NCBI GenBank assembly: GCA_016198685.1
Contig: JACQID010000004.1
Span: 32,001-96,000, forward strand
DNA: 64,000 nt
DNA from: Candidatus Aenigmatarchaeota archaeon
GTDB lineage: Archaea; Aenigmatarchaeota; Aenigmatarchaeia; GW2011-AR5
Direction of reading: 5' to 3'
Shown: piece after piece, positions 26,863 to 36,714 of the stretch
How the letters are laid out: every line of letters starts with the position of its first letter
Numbering within the stretch: the first letter of the stretch is position 1
Notes under the pieces: generated by a model
Database searches by the model: none
Told to the model about the DNA's origin: nothing
What the model saw: the letters and a program-made list of their open reading frames with translations, nothing else
Made by a program: the position numbers and the translations under genes

Positions 26863-27790
26863 AATACTGCATGGTCTTCTGAATGCAACTCAAAGGGCCG
26901 CCATAGCTTCGTATGACTGGATAGGCAGGGGTGACTCGAAGGCAGCGGACGCTGCGGCAGTCAAGGCGATGCGTGAGGCCATGAACGCCATGGATTTTGA
27001 CGGAAGAATAGTCATAGGCGAGGGTGAGCGGGACGAAGCGCCCATGCTCTATATAGGCGAGAAACTCGGCAAGGGCGGAAATCCTGTGGATATTGCAGTA
27101 GACCCGCTCGAAGGGACGGATATAACAGCGCGCGGCGATTATGGATCTTTATCAGTTCTGGCGGTCGCATCGCGCGGCATGCTGCTGGAGGCGCCTGATA
27201 CTTACATGGAGAAAATAGTTGCCGGCCCTTCTGTCGGCAAGAACGTTTCATTATCAATGAGCGTTGAAGAAAACGTGAAAGCTGCGGCTCATGCACTGCA
27301 AAAACCCGTAAGCGACCTTCGAGTTACGGTTCTTGACAGGGAACGGCACAAGGAATTGATAGCATCATTAAGGAAAACCGGATGCCGTGTCATATTGATA
27401 AGAGACGGGGATGTGCATGGCGCAATCGGGACTTGCATGGGAACATCCGATTTACTGATCGGGACAGGCGGAGCCCCGGAAGGGGTGCTTGCCGCATCGG
27501 CAATCAAATCGATGGGAGGATACATGGAAGGAAGGCTGGTATTCCGCAATGACGACGAAATCAAGCGTGCAAGAAAGCACGGAACATCGGAGGCAATAAT
27601 CAACGGCAAGATAATGCCCATGGACGAGATGATAAGAGACAACAGGTCGGTATTTATTGCATCCGGCGTGACCGAGGGCACTTTCCTTAAGGGAGTGAAG
27701 AAGCACGGCAGTGCCGCAGAAGTCCATTCCGTCATAATAAGAGGTGGAAGCACGATGTTCGTGAAAAATTCTTTGAGGGATGCTATATGA
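26843..27790 (+). CDS. glpX: Fructose-1,6-bisphosphatase class II
   Basis: IGEGERDEAPMLY, DIAVDPLEGT, YMEK, DGDV, GGAPEGVL motifs. Confidence 0.95.
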   Translation: MKRMDNEILHGLLNATQRAAIASYDWIGRGDSKAADAAAVKAMREAMNAMDFDGRIVIGEGERDEAPMLYIGEKLGKGGNPVDIAVDPLEGTDITARGDYGSLSVLAVASRGMLLEAPDTYMEKIVAGPSVGKNVSLSMSVEENVKAAAHALQKPVSDLRVTVLDRERHKELIASLRKTGCRVILIRDGDVHGAIGTCMGTSDLLIGTGGAPEGVLAASAIKSMGGYMEGRLVFRNDDEIKRARKHGTSEAIINGKIMPMDEMIRDNRSVFIASGVTEGTFLKGVKKHGSAAEVHSVIIRGGSTMFVKNSLRDAI

Positions 27791-29115
27791 ATGAGCTGAT
27801 GTGCGTAGATGATCTGAAAGAGCATCAGGTCAAAGGAAAGAATGCGCTTGTCCGCGTTTCATTTGACGCATTTGACAAGGAAGGCAACATACAGGACAGC
27901 CTGCGAATAGAGGCATCGGAAGGCACTATCAGGACCCTGAAGAAGCTGGGCGCCAAAAGAATCATACTGATGTGCTATGCAGGAAGGCCCGAAGGCTATG
28001 ACGCATCGCTTTCCATGAGGCCTGCGGCCAACTTTCTTTACGGATTATTCAGGGAACGGATGCATTTCCTTCCTTCGGCCGGCAAGGACGGAAAACTCAT
28101 GGCATACAAGGATTATATTCAGCATGTGAAACAATATATGGAGAAGGACATGGAAGACGGTGAAGCGGTGCTTCTTGAGAATCTTCGTTTCTGGCCCGAA
28201 GAGAACAAGGGCGATGAGGAATTCGCAAAATATATCGCTTCGCTCGGCGAGATTTATGTCCAGGACGGCTTTGCCCAGGCACACAGGCTTGGGAACGCTA
28301 CTGTAGGAGCGATAACGAAATATGTAAAGACAAGAGTCATGGGCGTACAGTTCAAGAAGGAAGTCACTTACCTCAAGGCAGTTTCTGAAAATCTGCTCAA
28401 GGAGGGGAGGAAGCCTTTCATTTTTATAATAGCAGGCAAAAAGGTTGAAACCAAGCCTGGAATAGTCTCCAAGATAACGGTTGCAAGCAAACTCATGGAT
28501 AACATGAAGCGTGGCGATAAAATAATGATAGGTGGGGCAATAGCATATCCTTTCATAATCGCCAAGGAGTTTACAGGCAAAGCGCCGTCTATAAGGGACA
28601 TGCGTAACGCGATAGGAGAATCCTTCATAGAGGAGAATCAGGTATATGATCACATGAAAATGGCCGAGGAGATATTCTCTAAAGCCAGCAAGAATGGCAT
28701 AGAAGTCATGCTTCCTGTGGATCATGTTGTCAAATGCAGAGATGGTATAAAGACCGTTGCGCATATAGAGCAAGGCATGATGGCAGCGGACATAGGCGAA
28801 AAGACCGTAAATGAATGGAAAAATAATCTTTCCGATGCAGGTACTATAATCCTGTCCGGCCCTGTGGGATGGTACGAAAATCCTCTATTTTCATCGGGCA
28901 GCCTCGAAATAACCAAGGCGATGGCCAAGGCAACTTCAGGCGGCACGGTGACGGTTGCCGCAGGCGGCGACACGTCTTCCATGGTAAGGAAGTTCGGCTA
29001 CGAGAGGAATTTCTCGCTGCTTTCCATAGGTGGCGGGGCAACTCTTGAGTTCCTCATGCACGGAAAGCTTCCAGTAATGGATGTTCTTGATACAAAAGAA
29101 ATGATCAAAGTCTGA
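27787..29115 (+). CDS. pgk: Phosphoglycerate kinase with a divergent substrate site
   Basis: LLENLRF, AHR, GPVGWYE, AAGGDT, SIGGGATLEF motifs. Confidence 0.9.
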   Translation: MNELMCVDDLKEHQVKGKNALVRVSFDAFDKEGNIQDSLRIEASEGTIRTLKKLGAKRIILMCYAGRPEGYDASLSMRPAANFLYGLFRERMHFLPSAGKDGKLMAYKDYIQHVKQYMEKDMEDGEAVLLENLRFWPEENKGDEEFAKYIASLGEIYVQDGFAQAHRLGNATVGAITKYVKTRVMGVQFKKEVTYLKAVSENLLKEGRKPFIFIIAGKKVETKPGIVSKITVASKLMDNMKRGDKIMIGGAIAYPFIIAKEFTGKAPSIRDMRNAIGESFIEENQVYDHMKMAEEIFSKASKNGIEVMLPVDHVVKCRDGIKTVAHIEQGMMAADIGEKTVNEWKNNLSDAGTIILSGPVGWYENPLFSSGSLEITKAMAKATSGGTVTVAAGGDTSSMVRKFGYERNFSLLSIGGGATLEFLMHGKLPVMDVLDTKEMIKV

Positions 29116-29116
29116 G

Positions 29117-30136
29117 GTGGAGAAAATGAAAGTGTGCGTTAATGGTTACGGAACCATAGGAAAGAGAGTGGCTGATGCCGTAGCAATGCATCCGAAACTC
29201 GAGTTGGTCGGAATTTCAAAATACACCCCTGATAATCACGCCAAGATGGCCGAAAGACTCGGCTACGGCATTTACGTTCCTGCGGAAAAGAAAGCGGATT
29301 TCGAGAAAAAAGGAATCAACATTAGAGGCACAGTTGAAGAAATGATAAAGGCTTCTGACATAGTTGTGGACGCTTCTGCAGACGGAAAGGGAGGAGAAAA
29401 CAGGAAGCTTTATGAAAAGCTCGGCAAGCCTGCCATATTTCAGGGAGGCGAAGATGACTCTGTAGGTAGGAGTTTCAATGCACGCAGCAACTTTGATTCT
29501 GTGAAGGGCGAAAAATTCATACGCGTAGTGAGCTGCAACACGACAAGCTTCTGCCGTATTCTGAAGCCGCTGCAGGAAAAATTCAAAATCAAGCGCGTGA
29601 ACGGATTTCTCATCAGGCGAGGGGCTGACCCTGACGATGTCAAAGGTTCTCAGATTAATTCCATAGATTGGAAGGCCAACAGCCACCATTCTCATGACGT
29701 GAACACGATAATCGATGTGCCTATGACAAGCCTTGCTTTCAAGGCTCCCCATACGCTGGCCCACGTCAATTCGCTCTATATTCATTTCGACGGCGAGCCG
29801 TCTAAAGAGGAAATAATCAATGTCCTGAAGGCCGAGAACAGGGTAATCGTAGCGAAGGCTGATTCCACATCGCAGATCATCGAGGTCGCAAGGGATCTTG
29901 GACTTAAGAGATACGACCTTTACATGCCTGTCATGATATCCAACAGCGTGATGGCAGAAGGCAATACGGTTTTCTTTAGCATAGTAGTGCCCCAAGAATC
30001 CGTAGTCGTAGCCGAGAACATTGATGCCATCGTGGCGCAGGGAGGCCTGATGGCCAAGGAAGAATCGATGCGCGTCACGGAAAAGATACTCGGTATGGAC
30101 AGGATAAAGAAGGACGTTGAAACGGTGCTCGGTTAA
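29117..30136 (+). CDS. gap: Glyceraldehyde-3-phosphate dehydrogenase, archaeal type II
   Basis: NGYGTIGKRVADAV, FQGGE, VSCNTT, RRGADP, QES.V..ENIDA motifs. Confidence 0.95.
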   Translation: MEKMKVCVNGYGTIGKRVADAVAMHPKLELVGISKYTPDNHAKMAERLGYGIYVPAEKKADFEKKGINIRGTVEEMIKASDIVVDASADGKGGENRKLYEKLGKPAIFQGGEDDSVGRSFNARSNFDSVKGEKFIRVVSCNTTSFCRILKPLQEKFKIKRVNGFLIRRGADPDDVKGSQINSIDWKANSHHSHDVNTIIDVPMTSLAFKAPHTLAHVNSLYIHFDGEPSKEEIINVLKAENRVIVAKADSTSQIIEVARDLGLKRYDLYMPVMISNSVMAEGNTVFFSIVVPQESVVVAENIDAIVAQGGLMAKEESMRVTEKILGMDRIKKDVETVLG

Positions 30137-30137
30137 G

Positions 30138-30803
30138 ATGAACAAGATAATTGCAGCTAACTGGAAGATGAATAAGTCATCGAAGGAGGCGGAGGATTTT
30201 CTCAGGCGTATTGAAATTTCGGATAAGAACACTGTAATAATATTTCCGTCATTCACTGCGCTTCCTGCCGTCAGTTCCATCATTGGCCGTCATCATTCCG
30301 GCGCCCAGAATGTTTTCTATGAGGAGAAGGGCGCATATACAGGCGAGATATCGCCTGTAATGGTCAAGGAATTCGCGGACTATGCACTTATCGGACACTC
30401 AGAAAGGCGGGCGCTCTGGGAGACTGATGAAATAATCAACAAGAAAGTCAAAGCCGCCCAAAACGCGGGATTGAAAATTTTATTGTGCGTTGGCGAAGCC
30501 AAGGGCCAGGATCGAAACAGGACCCTTGAAACCCAGCTTAGAAAAGGTCTCATGGGAGCCAATGAAAAAAATATTGTCATAGCCTACGAGCCTGTATGGG
30601 CCATAGGTACTGGTCTCACCGCGAAAACGGCAGAAATTGCAGAAGCGGTTTCCTTCATAAAAACCCTGCATAAATGCAGCGTTATTTACGGAGGAAGCGT
30701 GAATGCGTCGAACGCAAAAGACATGCTTTCTGTCTGTGATGGTCTTCTCGTAGGCGGCGCGTCTTTAGACGCAGAAGGTTTCCGCAACATTATACAACTG
30801 TGA
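30138..30803 (+). CDS. tpiA: Triosephosphate isomerase, bacterial type
   Basis: AANWKMN, GAYTGEIS, IGHSERR, AYEPVWAIGTG, YGGSV, LVGGASL motifs. Confidence 0.95.
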   Translation: MNKIIAANWKMNKSSKEAEDFLRRIEISDKNTVIIFPSFTALPAVSSIIGRHHSGAQNVFYEEKGAYTGEISPVMVKEFADYALIGHSERRALWETDEIINKKVKAAQNAGLKILLCVGEAKGQDRNRTLETQLRKGLMGANEKNIVIAYEPVWAIGTGLTAKTAEIAEAVSFIKTLHKCSVIYGGSVNASNAKDMLSVCDGLLVGGASLDAEGFRNIIQL

Positions 30804-31731
30804 CGCGATAGTTTTTGCCCTTGCCGATCGCCTGTGGCATAGTCAGCAAGCCGTTCTGGGCGCCTATCTTGCGTACAGTACTTTGCGCGTTTGCCGTTGC
30901 TATCTTCAGGGCCTGCTCAATACTTTTGTTTCTTATCAGGGATGCGACAAACCCAGAGAAGAAAGCGTCTCCTGCTCCGGTTCTTTCTGTCGTTCTTGTG
31001 TGCTTAGGCTGTATTTTGTACAGCTTGCCATCATAGCAATACGACGGCTTTGCTCCATCTGTCATGCAGACTATCTTAGGACCCAGTCCATGGATTTTCT
31101 TTATGATCCTTTCCCTATCGTTCTTTATGCCGGAAAGCGCCTCGGCTTCTTCTTTGTTCAGGGAAAGGATATGGCAATTCTTTACTATTTCTAAGATTCC
31201 TTTGCTTATCATATAGAGACTTGGATTATACGCTATCTTTATTCCTTTTTTTTCTGCGGCACCCGCCAGCTTCTTTTGCGTTTTTAAGGATTCGCCAAGC
31301 ATGGAAGAAAAACACAGCCACCTTGCTTTCATAGCGGGATTTGAATTGCGGACTGAAAGGCTGTCATTCATGCCCCTGCTTCCGATTATCGAGCGGTCAA
31401 TTCCGTCGCCGTCAAGAATTATGGAATAGCCGCAGGCTCCATGTTTCACGGCACCCGCAAACTTCACTTTGTGGTCCAGAAGCGAATGCCATATTATATT
31501 TTTGCCGTAATCATCGCCAAGAATCCCGAGAAACGAGGTTTTGATTCCCATCTTGGAAAGGCCTGCGGCAACATTCGCGCCGCCTCCGCCTGCATGAAAC
31601 TCAATTTTTTCAGCAAGCATCTTGCCGCCTGCAGGATACGCAAGATAATTACGAGATCCGTTTTTTATTTTTTTGGCGTTCGCGTAGATGAACATGTCTA
31701 CAAACGCAGAGCCTACGGCAACGGCTTCCAT
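30790..31731 (-). CDS. PfkB/ribokinase-family carbohydrate kinase
   Basis: GGGGANVAAGLSKMG, LNKEEA, ERTGAGDAF motifs. Confidence 0.92.
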   Translation of the reverse strand: MEAVAVGSAFVDMFIYANAKKIKNGSRNYLAYPAGGKMLAEKIEFHAGGGGANVAAGLSKMGIKTSFLGILGDDYGKNIIWHSLLDHKVKFAGAVKHGACGYSIILDGDGIDRSIIGSRGMNDSLSVRNSNPAMKARWLCFSSMLGESLKTQKKLAGAAEKKGIKIAYNPSLYMISKGILEIVKNCHILSLNKEEAEALSGIKNDRERIIKKIHGLGPKIVCMTDGAKPSYCYDGKLYKIQPKHTRTTERTGAGDAFFSGFVASLIRNKSIEQALKIATANAQSTVRKIGAQNGLLTMPQAIGKGKNYRVTVV

Positions 31732-31763
31732 GCAAAGAATATGCCGGGCGGAGTTAATAAACT

Positions 31764-32144
31764 CTACTTCTCAAGCGGGCATCCGGTGAGCGCGCCCAAT
31801 TCTGCTGAACTTAATCTTCCCTGTTTCCTTGTGCCGTCAGCAAATTCCCACGTCGGGTATTTGTTCACGCCTGCATCGCTGCATATTCCAGGATTATTGA
31901 TTTCCATGGCGCAGTCAGTGGCATTGATATTCTGCCAGCTCAGCCCGAATTCCTTCTGCTGTTCTGTGCACTCCTTGCACCAGTATGTTCCGTAGAATTT
32001 GACGCCTTTTTCCGTGAGACACTCGGAGAACGCGTCATAATCAATCTTGGTTGCATGGCCCGTGGGAGGCGTAATCATCGTTGTTAGAAGGAAAGTCGCG
32101 GCAACGACAAATCCGGCTATAATGCCGACTTGGAAGGGTTTCAT
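31764..32144 (-). CDS. Membrane-anchored thioredoxin-like protein
   Basis: FYGTYWCKEC (CxxC), YPTW; N-terminal TM. Confidence 0.85.
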   Translation of the reverse strand: MKPFQVGIIAGFVVAATFLLTTMITPPTGHATKIDYDAFSECLTEKGVKFYGTYWCKECTEQQKEFGLSWQNINATDCAMEINNPGICSDAGVNKYPTWEFADGTRKQGRLSSAELGALTGCPLEK

Positions 32145-32166
32145 GGCTATAGCTGTCCAAAGAAGG

Positions 32167-32964
32167 TTAAATTTCTTTCATTTTCAAATCCACGACATAA
32201 TGAACCCTTCTCGGTGCAACGTCCTTGACTTTTTTCTTTGATATGACATGGAAATCTCCTATCTCATGATGTATTTTCCGGAGTTCATCCCCCCAAAGTT
32301 CGCTTTCATCGCATATATCATGATAGTGTATTATTGTGCCGCTCTTCGCCATCGTTAGGGCGATCTTAAGGAATTTCTCTGTTCCCGGAAAATATCCCAT
32401 GATTATCCTGTCTGCTTTCTCAGGTATCAAGACTTCGCGGTTGTCTGCGTTGATTACTTGCACGTTGCCAAGCTTGTTCAGTTTTACGTTTTCTTCAAGA
32501 TAGTGAAATGCGTCAGGATTTTTTTCGATGGCGATGACGCGCTTCGCTTTTTTTGCAATGCCGATGGTAAAATACCCTATGCCGGCGAACATGTCTATGA
32601 CGGTTTCTTCTGGCATAATCGAACTCAAAAGACGTTTTCTTTCGGTCAGATTACCCTTGGAAAACATGATTTTTGCAGCGTCAAGCTTGTAGATTATGCC
32701 GCTTTCCCTGTGCAGTGTTTCCGTGCCGTTGCCTGCAATCTTTGTGATTATCGGCTGCCTTAGTTCTCCTGTAACAGAAGAGATATCGCATACTGTTTTA
32801 ACATACGGCAATATTTGCATTATTCCTTTGGCGGCATCTGCCTTTTCCTCTTCGCTGAGGCGCAACATCTTGGCAAGGAAGACGTGCCCCAGCACCTGAT
32901 ACGACGCCGGAAGCCGCTCTTTCGGTATTCCCGTCATCACCGACAGCTTTTCAACGAAGCGCAT
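32167..32964 (-). CDS. taw2: Taw2-like tRNA wyosine aminocarboxypropyltransferase (Met-10+ family)
   Basis: MFSKGN..ER, DMFAGIGYF, EKNP.AF, DRIIMGY motifs. Confidence 0.75.
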   Translation of the reverse strand: MRFVEKLSVMTGIPKERLPASYQVLGHVFLAKMLRLSEEEKADAAKGIMQILPYVKTVCDISSVTGELRQPIITKIAGNGTETLHRESGIIYKLDAAKIMFSKGNLTERKRLLSSIMPEETVIDMFAGIGYFTIGIAKKAKRVIAIEKNPDAFHYLEENVKLNKLGNVQVINADNREVLIPEKADRIIMGYFPGTEKFLKIALTMAKSGTIIHYHDICDESELWGDELRKIHHEIGDFHVISKKKVKDVAPRRVHYVVDLKMKEI

Positions 32965-33014
32965 AGCACTAAGAAAATCGCAGAAGATAAAAGCTTTCTT
33001 TGCGATGTGGAAGT

Positions 33015-34355
33015 ATGCCCGAAGACCTTACAGTCGTGATTGTTGATGGCGGAGGACGGGGGCATGCGATTTCTGAAGCGTGGGAAAGCCATCCGGAGGT
33101 CAAGCGAATAATCGTCACTCCGGGAAATGATGGAATTGCCTATAACCGGCAGAAGGAAGTCGTAATAGACAGGCGGGGAAACCTGAAGGATGCGGATTCT
33201 ATATTGGAAGTTGCAAGAAGGCACATAGGCCTGCGGGAACGTCATCTGGTTGACGTGGCTCAGGATGACGCAATCGCCGCCGGCACTGTGAACAAACTCC
33301 GTGCCGCGGGTTACAATGCATTCGGTCCCACTGCAGAGCAAGCGTGGATAGAATCTCACAAGGGACATTCCAGGGACTTCATGGAAAGGCACGGAATACC
33401 GCATCCGGATTATCGCATTTTTGATTCCGAGGACGGCGCCATCGCATACGTGAGAAGGGTATACGAAAAAAATCCGAAGAAGGCAATGTATGTTAAAGCA
33501 TCTGGTCTCGCACAGGGCAAGGGCGTTTTGATGGCAGAATCTTTTGATCAGGCTATAGACCGCATATATGCGATGAAATCTTTCGGCGCGTCTGGGCATA
33601 ATTTTGTCATAGAAGACGCGCTTTTTGGCGAGGAATTTTCGGCATTCGCGCTTGTCAACGGCCGCGATTACGTCCTTCTCGGCAATGCGCAGGACAATAA
33701 ATTGTCGGAAGACGGTGATAAAGGCCAACAAACAGGAGGCATGGGAGGAAATTCGCCTGCAATGGTCACTATGGGAATAGAAGATGCTGTGGATAGGGAA
33801 TTGTTCAGAAAAGCGATAGAAGGCATGTAGGGCGAAGGCTATTCATACGAAGGAATTTTATACGTAGGCGGCATACGGGTAGGAGACGATCTGTGGAACA
33901 TAGAATACAATGCAAGATGGGGCGATCCCGAGGCGCAACTTGTTCTGCCGTCCCTCCGTAACTATCCGCATATGGTTCTTGACAGCATGAATGGCAAGCT
34001 CAAAGGCGCTGCTGTATTGAAGGACGGGAAAGCGAGGGCCGGAGTCGTTGGCGTTTCCAAAGGCTATCCCGGAGATTACTCAGCCGTGAGAGGCAAGGAA
34101 ATATACGGAATAAAGGAAGTGGCGGAAATGCCCAATATCAGATTCTATAGCGCCGGAATATCCATGCAGGACGGACGATTTTATGCCGACGGGGGAAGAC
34201 TGTTCACGGTCGTCGGCGAAGGCAATGACATTCTGGAAGCCCGCGACAGGGCGTATGATGCAATGAATTACATATCAATAGAAGGCGGCAATCTGCATTA
34301 TCGCAGGGATATAGGAAGAAGGGACGTGGAGAGGTTTCTTGGCATATTGCGCTAA
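33015..34355 (+). pseudogene. purD: Phosphoribosylamine-glycine ligase interrupted by an in-frame TAG at 33828-33830
   Basis: GGGRGHA, PGNDG, VKASGLAQGKGV, QTGGMG; reading through the TAG gives GEGYSYEGILYVG...EYNARWGDPEAQ, in frame with the second ORF (GGRLF, YRRDIG). Confidence 0.88.
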
Positions 34356-34393
34356 TAACCAGTTAAAAAGCTTTTTCTTTAGTTATAGAGTAT

Positions 34394-35428
34394 ATGCTTC
34401 CAGTACTCAACAATCCAGTTGCACAGGCAAAAGAACCCCTTTCAGATTGGGTTCCGGCATGGATGAAAAGAAAAATAGGCATAGTTGAGCGTGCCGGCTA
34501 CAGAATAGTGGGGCCTCACAAGCATTCTGCAGTAAAGATATGCCATTATACAAAACAGGATATACGAGGAAAAGATGTTTGTTACAAATGTAAATTTTAT
34601 GGCATATCTTCCAGCCGTTGCCTCCAGTTGACTCCTGTTGAATTTTTTTGTTCGATGAACTGCAAATTTTGCTGGAGAAACCTAGGATATATAATGCCTC
34701 CGGAGAATTTTCCATGGGACTCGCCGGATGAAATACTTGACGACGCGATAAGAGCGCAGCGAGAGCTTCTAATGGGCTTCTGGGGTTCGGATGCTGACAA
34801 GGAGAAGATGGCGAAGGCGATGGAGCCTAAGCACGTGGCCATATCATTGTCCGGCGAGCCGTGTCTTTATCCCTATCTTCCGGAATTCATAGACAATATC
34901 ATAAAGAAGCGTGATATGACCGCATATCTTGTCACAAACGGTGCGCATCCTGAGATGGTAAAAAAGCTCATAGGTCATCAGCCAACGAATCTTTACATTT
35001 CTGTGTACGGGCCGGATGCCGAGACATATCAGAAGACCTGCATGCCTAACGTCCCGAATCCGTTCCCGAAGGTCATGGAATCGCTTTCGCTAATGAAACA
35101 CTTTGCATGCAGGACGGTCGTGCGATTCACCATGACAAAGGATTTCAATTTCAAGGAGCCCGAGGCATACTCCAAAATCATAAGCATGGCACAGCCGCAG
35201 TGTGTTGAAGTCAAGGGTTACATGAACGTCGGCGGCGCGCGGGCGCGCCTCACAGCCGGCAACATGCCGACGCATGACGAGATAATAAAATTCGCGGAGA
35301 TACTCGAAAAGAACACTGATTACAGGATCATGAACCAGAAGGCGAATTCTCGTGTTGTACTTCTCCAGCGCCCGGATATGAATCTTACGCCTGAGGAAGT
35401 CATGAGCGATGATGCGTTTACAGGTTAA
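34394..35428 (+). CDS. taw1: 4-demethylwyosine synthase (radical SAM)
   Basis: HSAVKICHY, CYK.KFYGI.S.RC, CSMNCKFCWR, AISLSGEP, EVKGYM.VG motifs. Confidence 0.95.
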   Translation: MLPVLNNPVAQAKEPLSDWVPAWMKRKIGIVERAGYRIVGPHKHSAVKICHYTKQDIRGKDVCYKCKFYGISSSRCLQLTPVEFFCSMNCKFCWRNLGYIMPPENFPWDSPDEILDDAIRAQRELLMGFWGSDADKEKMAKAMEPKHVAISLSGEPCLYPYLPEFIDNIIKKRDMTAYLVTNGAHPEMVKKLIGHQPTNLYISVYGPDAETYQKTCMPNVPNPFPKVMESLSLMKHFACRTVVRFTMTKDFNFKEPEAYSKIISMAQPQCVEVKGYMNVGGARARLTAGNMPTHDEIIKFAEILEKNTDYRIMNQKANSRVVLLQRPDMNLTPEEVMSDDAFTG

Positions 35429-35620
35429 GCAAATACACTATTTTTTGGCATGCTCCGTCTTTTCCATAAACCCGAGGGAAACCGCAACTTTTAATGATTT
35501 TTTCATGACGGTTGGATTTCTATAGTCCGCGTATTACATTATATCCTGCTCAGATTGGTTTTTTATAATGAAAGTCTTAAGGTGAGACTTTCTTCCATAA
35601 TAATCGATTTCATCAAAGAA

Positions 35621-36166
35621 TTAATTCCTATCCTCGGCTATGACTTTCTTCCCGCTCGCTTGAGGCTCTATCTTGAGTTTTGCCTTGGGGAATTTCCTGT
35701 CAAGCTCCTTGCCTTTGAAATATTCGTGCAATATCACTGCAAGAGCAGCAACTTCGCTGTGGGGCTGGCTGCCTACGGCAATGTTATAGTCTGCGGCAAT
35801 ATACATCTGGCCGGGAACTTTTGCGCCGCCGACTGCAATCATAAGGTTCTTTTCCTTTCGTATAGCAGAAATTTTCTTTTGAAGCGGCTCGCCGTACATC
35901 GTCAAGTGGACTATTTTTACCCTCTTTTTTTTTGCTTCTTTAATCGGCTGTTTCCAGTCTTCGATATAGCTTACCTTGAACTTTCCGCCCCATTTTCCGG
36001 CAACTTCGGTAACGCTTGCAAGCATGGCATCATCTTTTTCATCAGTGTATATGACTTCATTCGCGCCAAGGGCGCGTGCAGTAAGACCCACGTGTGTAGA
36101 GAGCCTGTCGTCCCTGTGCAGGCGATGTCCAAGGCGCAAAACAGTGACTTTGCCCATAATTATCAC
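35621..36166 (-). CDS. trm56: tRNA (cytidine56-2'-O)-methyltransferase
   Basis: LRLGHR..RDDRLSTHVGLTARALGA, VHLTMYG, VG..KVP, NIAVGSQPHSEVAALA motifs. Confidence 0.95.
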   Translation of the reverse strand: MIIMGKVTVLRLGHRLHRDDRLSTHVGLTARALGANEVIYTDEKDDAMLASVTEVAGKWGGKFKVSYIEDWKQPIKEAKKKRVKIVHLTMYGEPLQKKISAIRKEKNLMIAVGGAKVPGQMYIAADYNIAVGSQPHSEVAALAVILHEYFKGKELDRKFPKAKLKIEPQASGKKVIAEDRN

Positions 36167-36502
36167 TCAGAAAACCGTTTCTCCCGGCGTCGTTATTGAT
36201 ACATGAGCGAATTCCTTGTCTTTTGATCCGTGCCAGTGCCTCTCGCCTGCAGGAACGAACACAACCATGCCAGGCCTTACAATATTTTCCTCCTTTTCGG
36301 TGGCCAGCACGCCCTCCCCTTCTGTAATGTAAAGCACCTGTTCATGAGTATGATGGTGGAGCTTAGTCCTTGCGCCGGGCGAGAACTTCACCAGTGCAAG
36401 ACGTATATTCCGGTCAACAAGCGTTTTGACAGTCACATGCCCCTCAAAAATATCAGAAGGATTGGTCTTTTCTTCGGCTTTTGCGATATCAATGACATTC
36501 AT
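36167..36502 (-). CDS. Cupin-domain protein
   Basis: HHHTHEQVLYITEGEG and VPAGERHWHG motifs. Confidence 0.9.
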   Translation of the reverse strand: MNVIDIAKAEEKTNPSDIFEGHVTVKTLVDRNIRLALVKFSPGARTKLHHHTHEQVLYITEGEGVLATEKEENIVRPGMVVFVPAGERHWHGSKDKEFAHVSITTPGETVF

Positions 36503-36579
36503 GAAAATACATTAAAGTGACGGTTTTTATACCTATTTTTGCCATTTATTAGTTCTCTGGTTTCATTGAAAAATAAAAA

Positions 36580-36652
36580 TAGCCCCGAGCGGATTCGAAC
36601 CGCTGTCCGAGGTTCCAAAGACCCCTATCCTTGGCCGCTAGACGACGGGGCT
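36580..36652 (-). tRNA. tRNA-Gln(TTG)
   Basis: Acceptor AGCCCCG/CGGGGCT, anticodon arm GGGGT-CTTTGGA-ACCTC, T-arm AGCGG-TTCGAAT-CCGCT. Confidence 0.95.
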
Positions 36653-36714
36653 ATAGGCTCTGATTAGAGTCTTAGATTTTTAAAGTTAGCCAAGCAAGAA
36701 GAAAAGAGGCATTT

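Noticed and set aside
29216-30283. 355-aa antisense ORF opposite gap, and similar antisense ORFs (43657-44154, 51654-52379, 32937-33731, 28045-28773, 56238-56870)
   Set aside because: They are shadows of well-supported genes on the other strand, with no motifs.
33828-33830. Genome-wide amber recoding or pyrrolysine
   Set aside because: TAG is a normal stop for other clear genes (spt4, yip1 copy 2), and no pyl genes are in the window.
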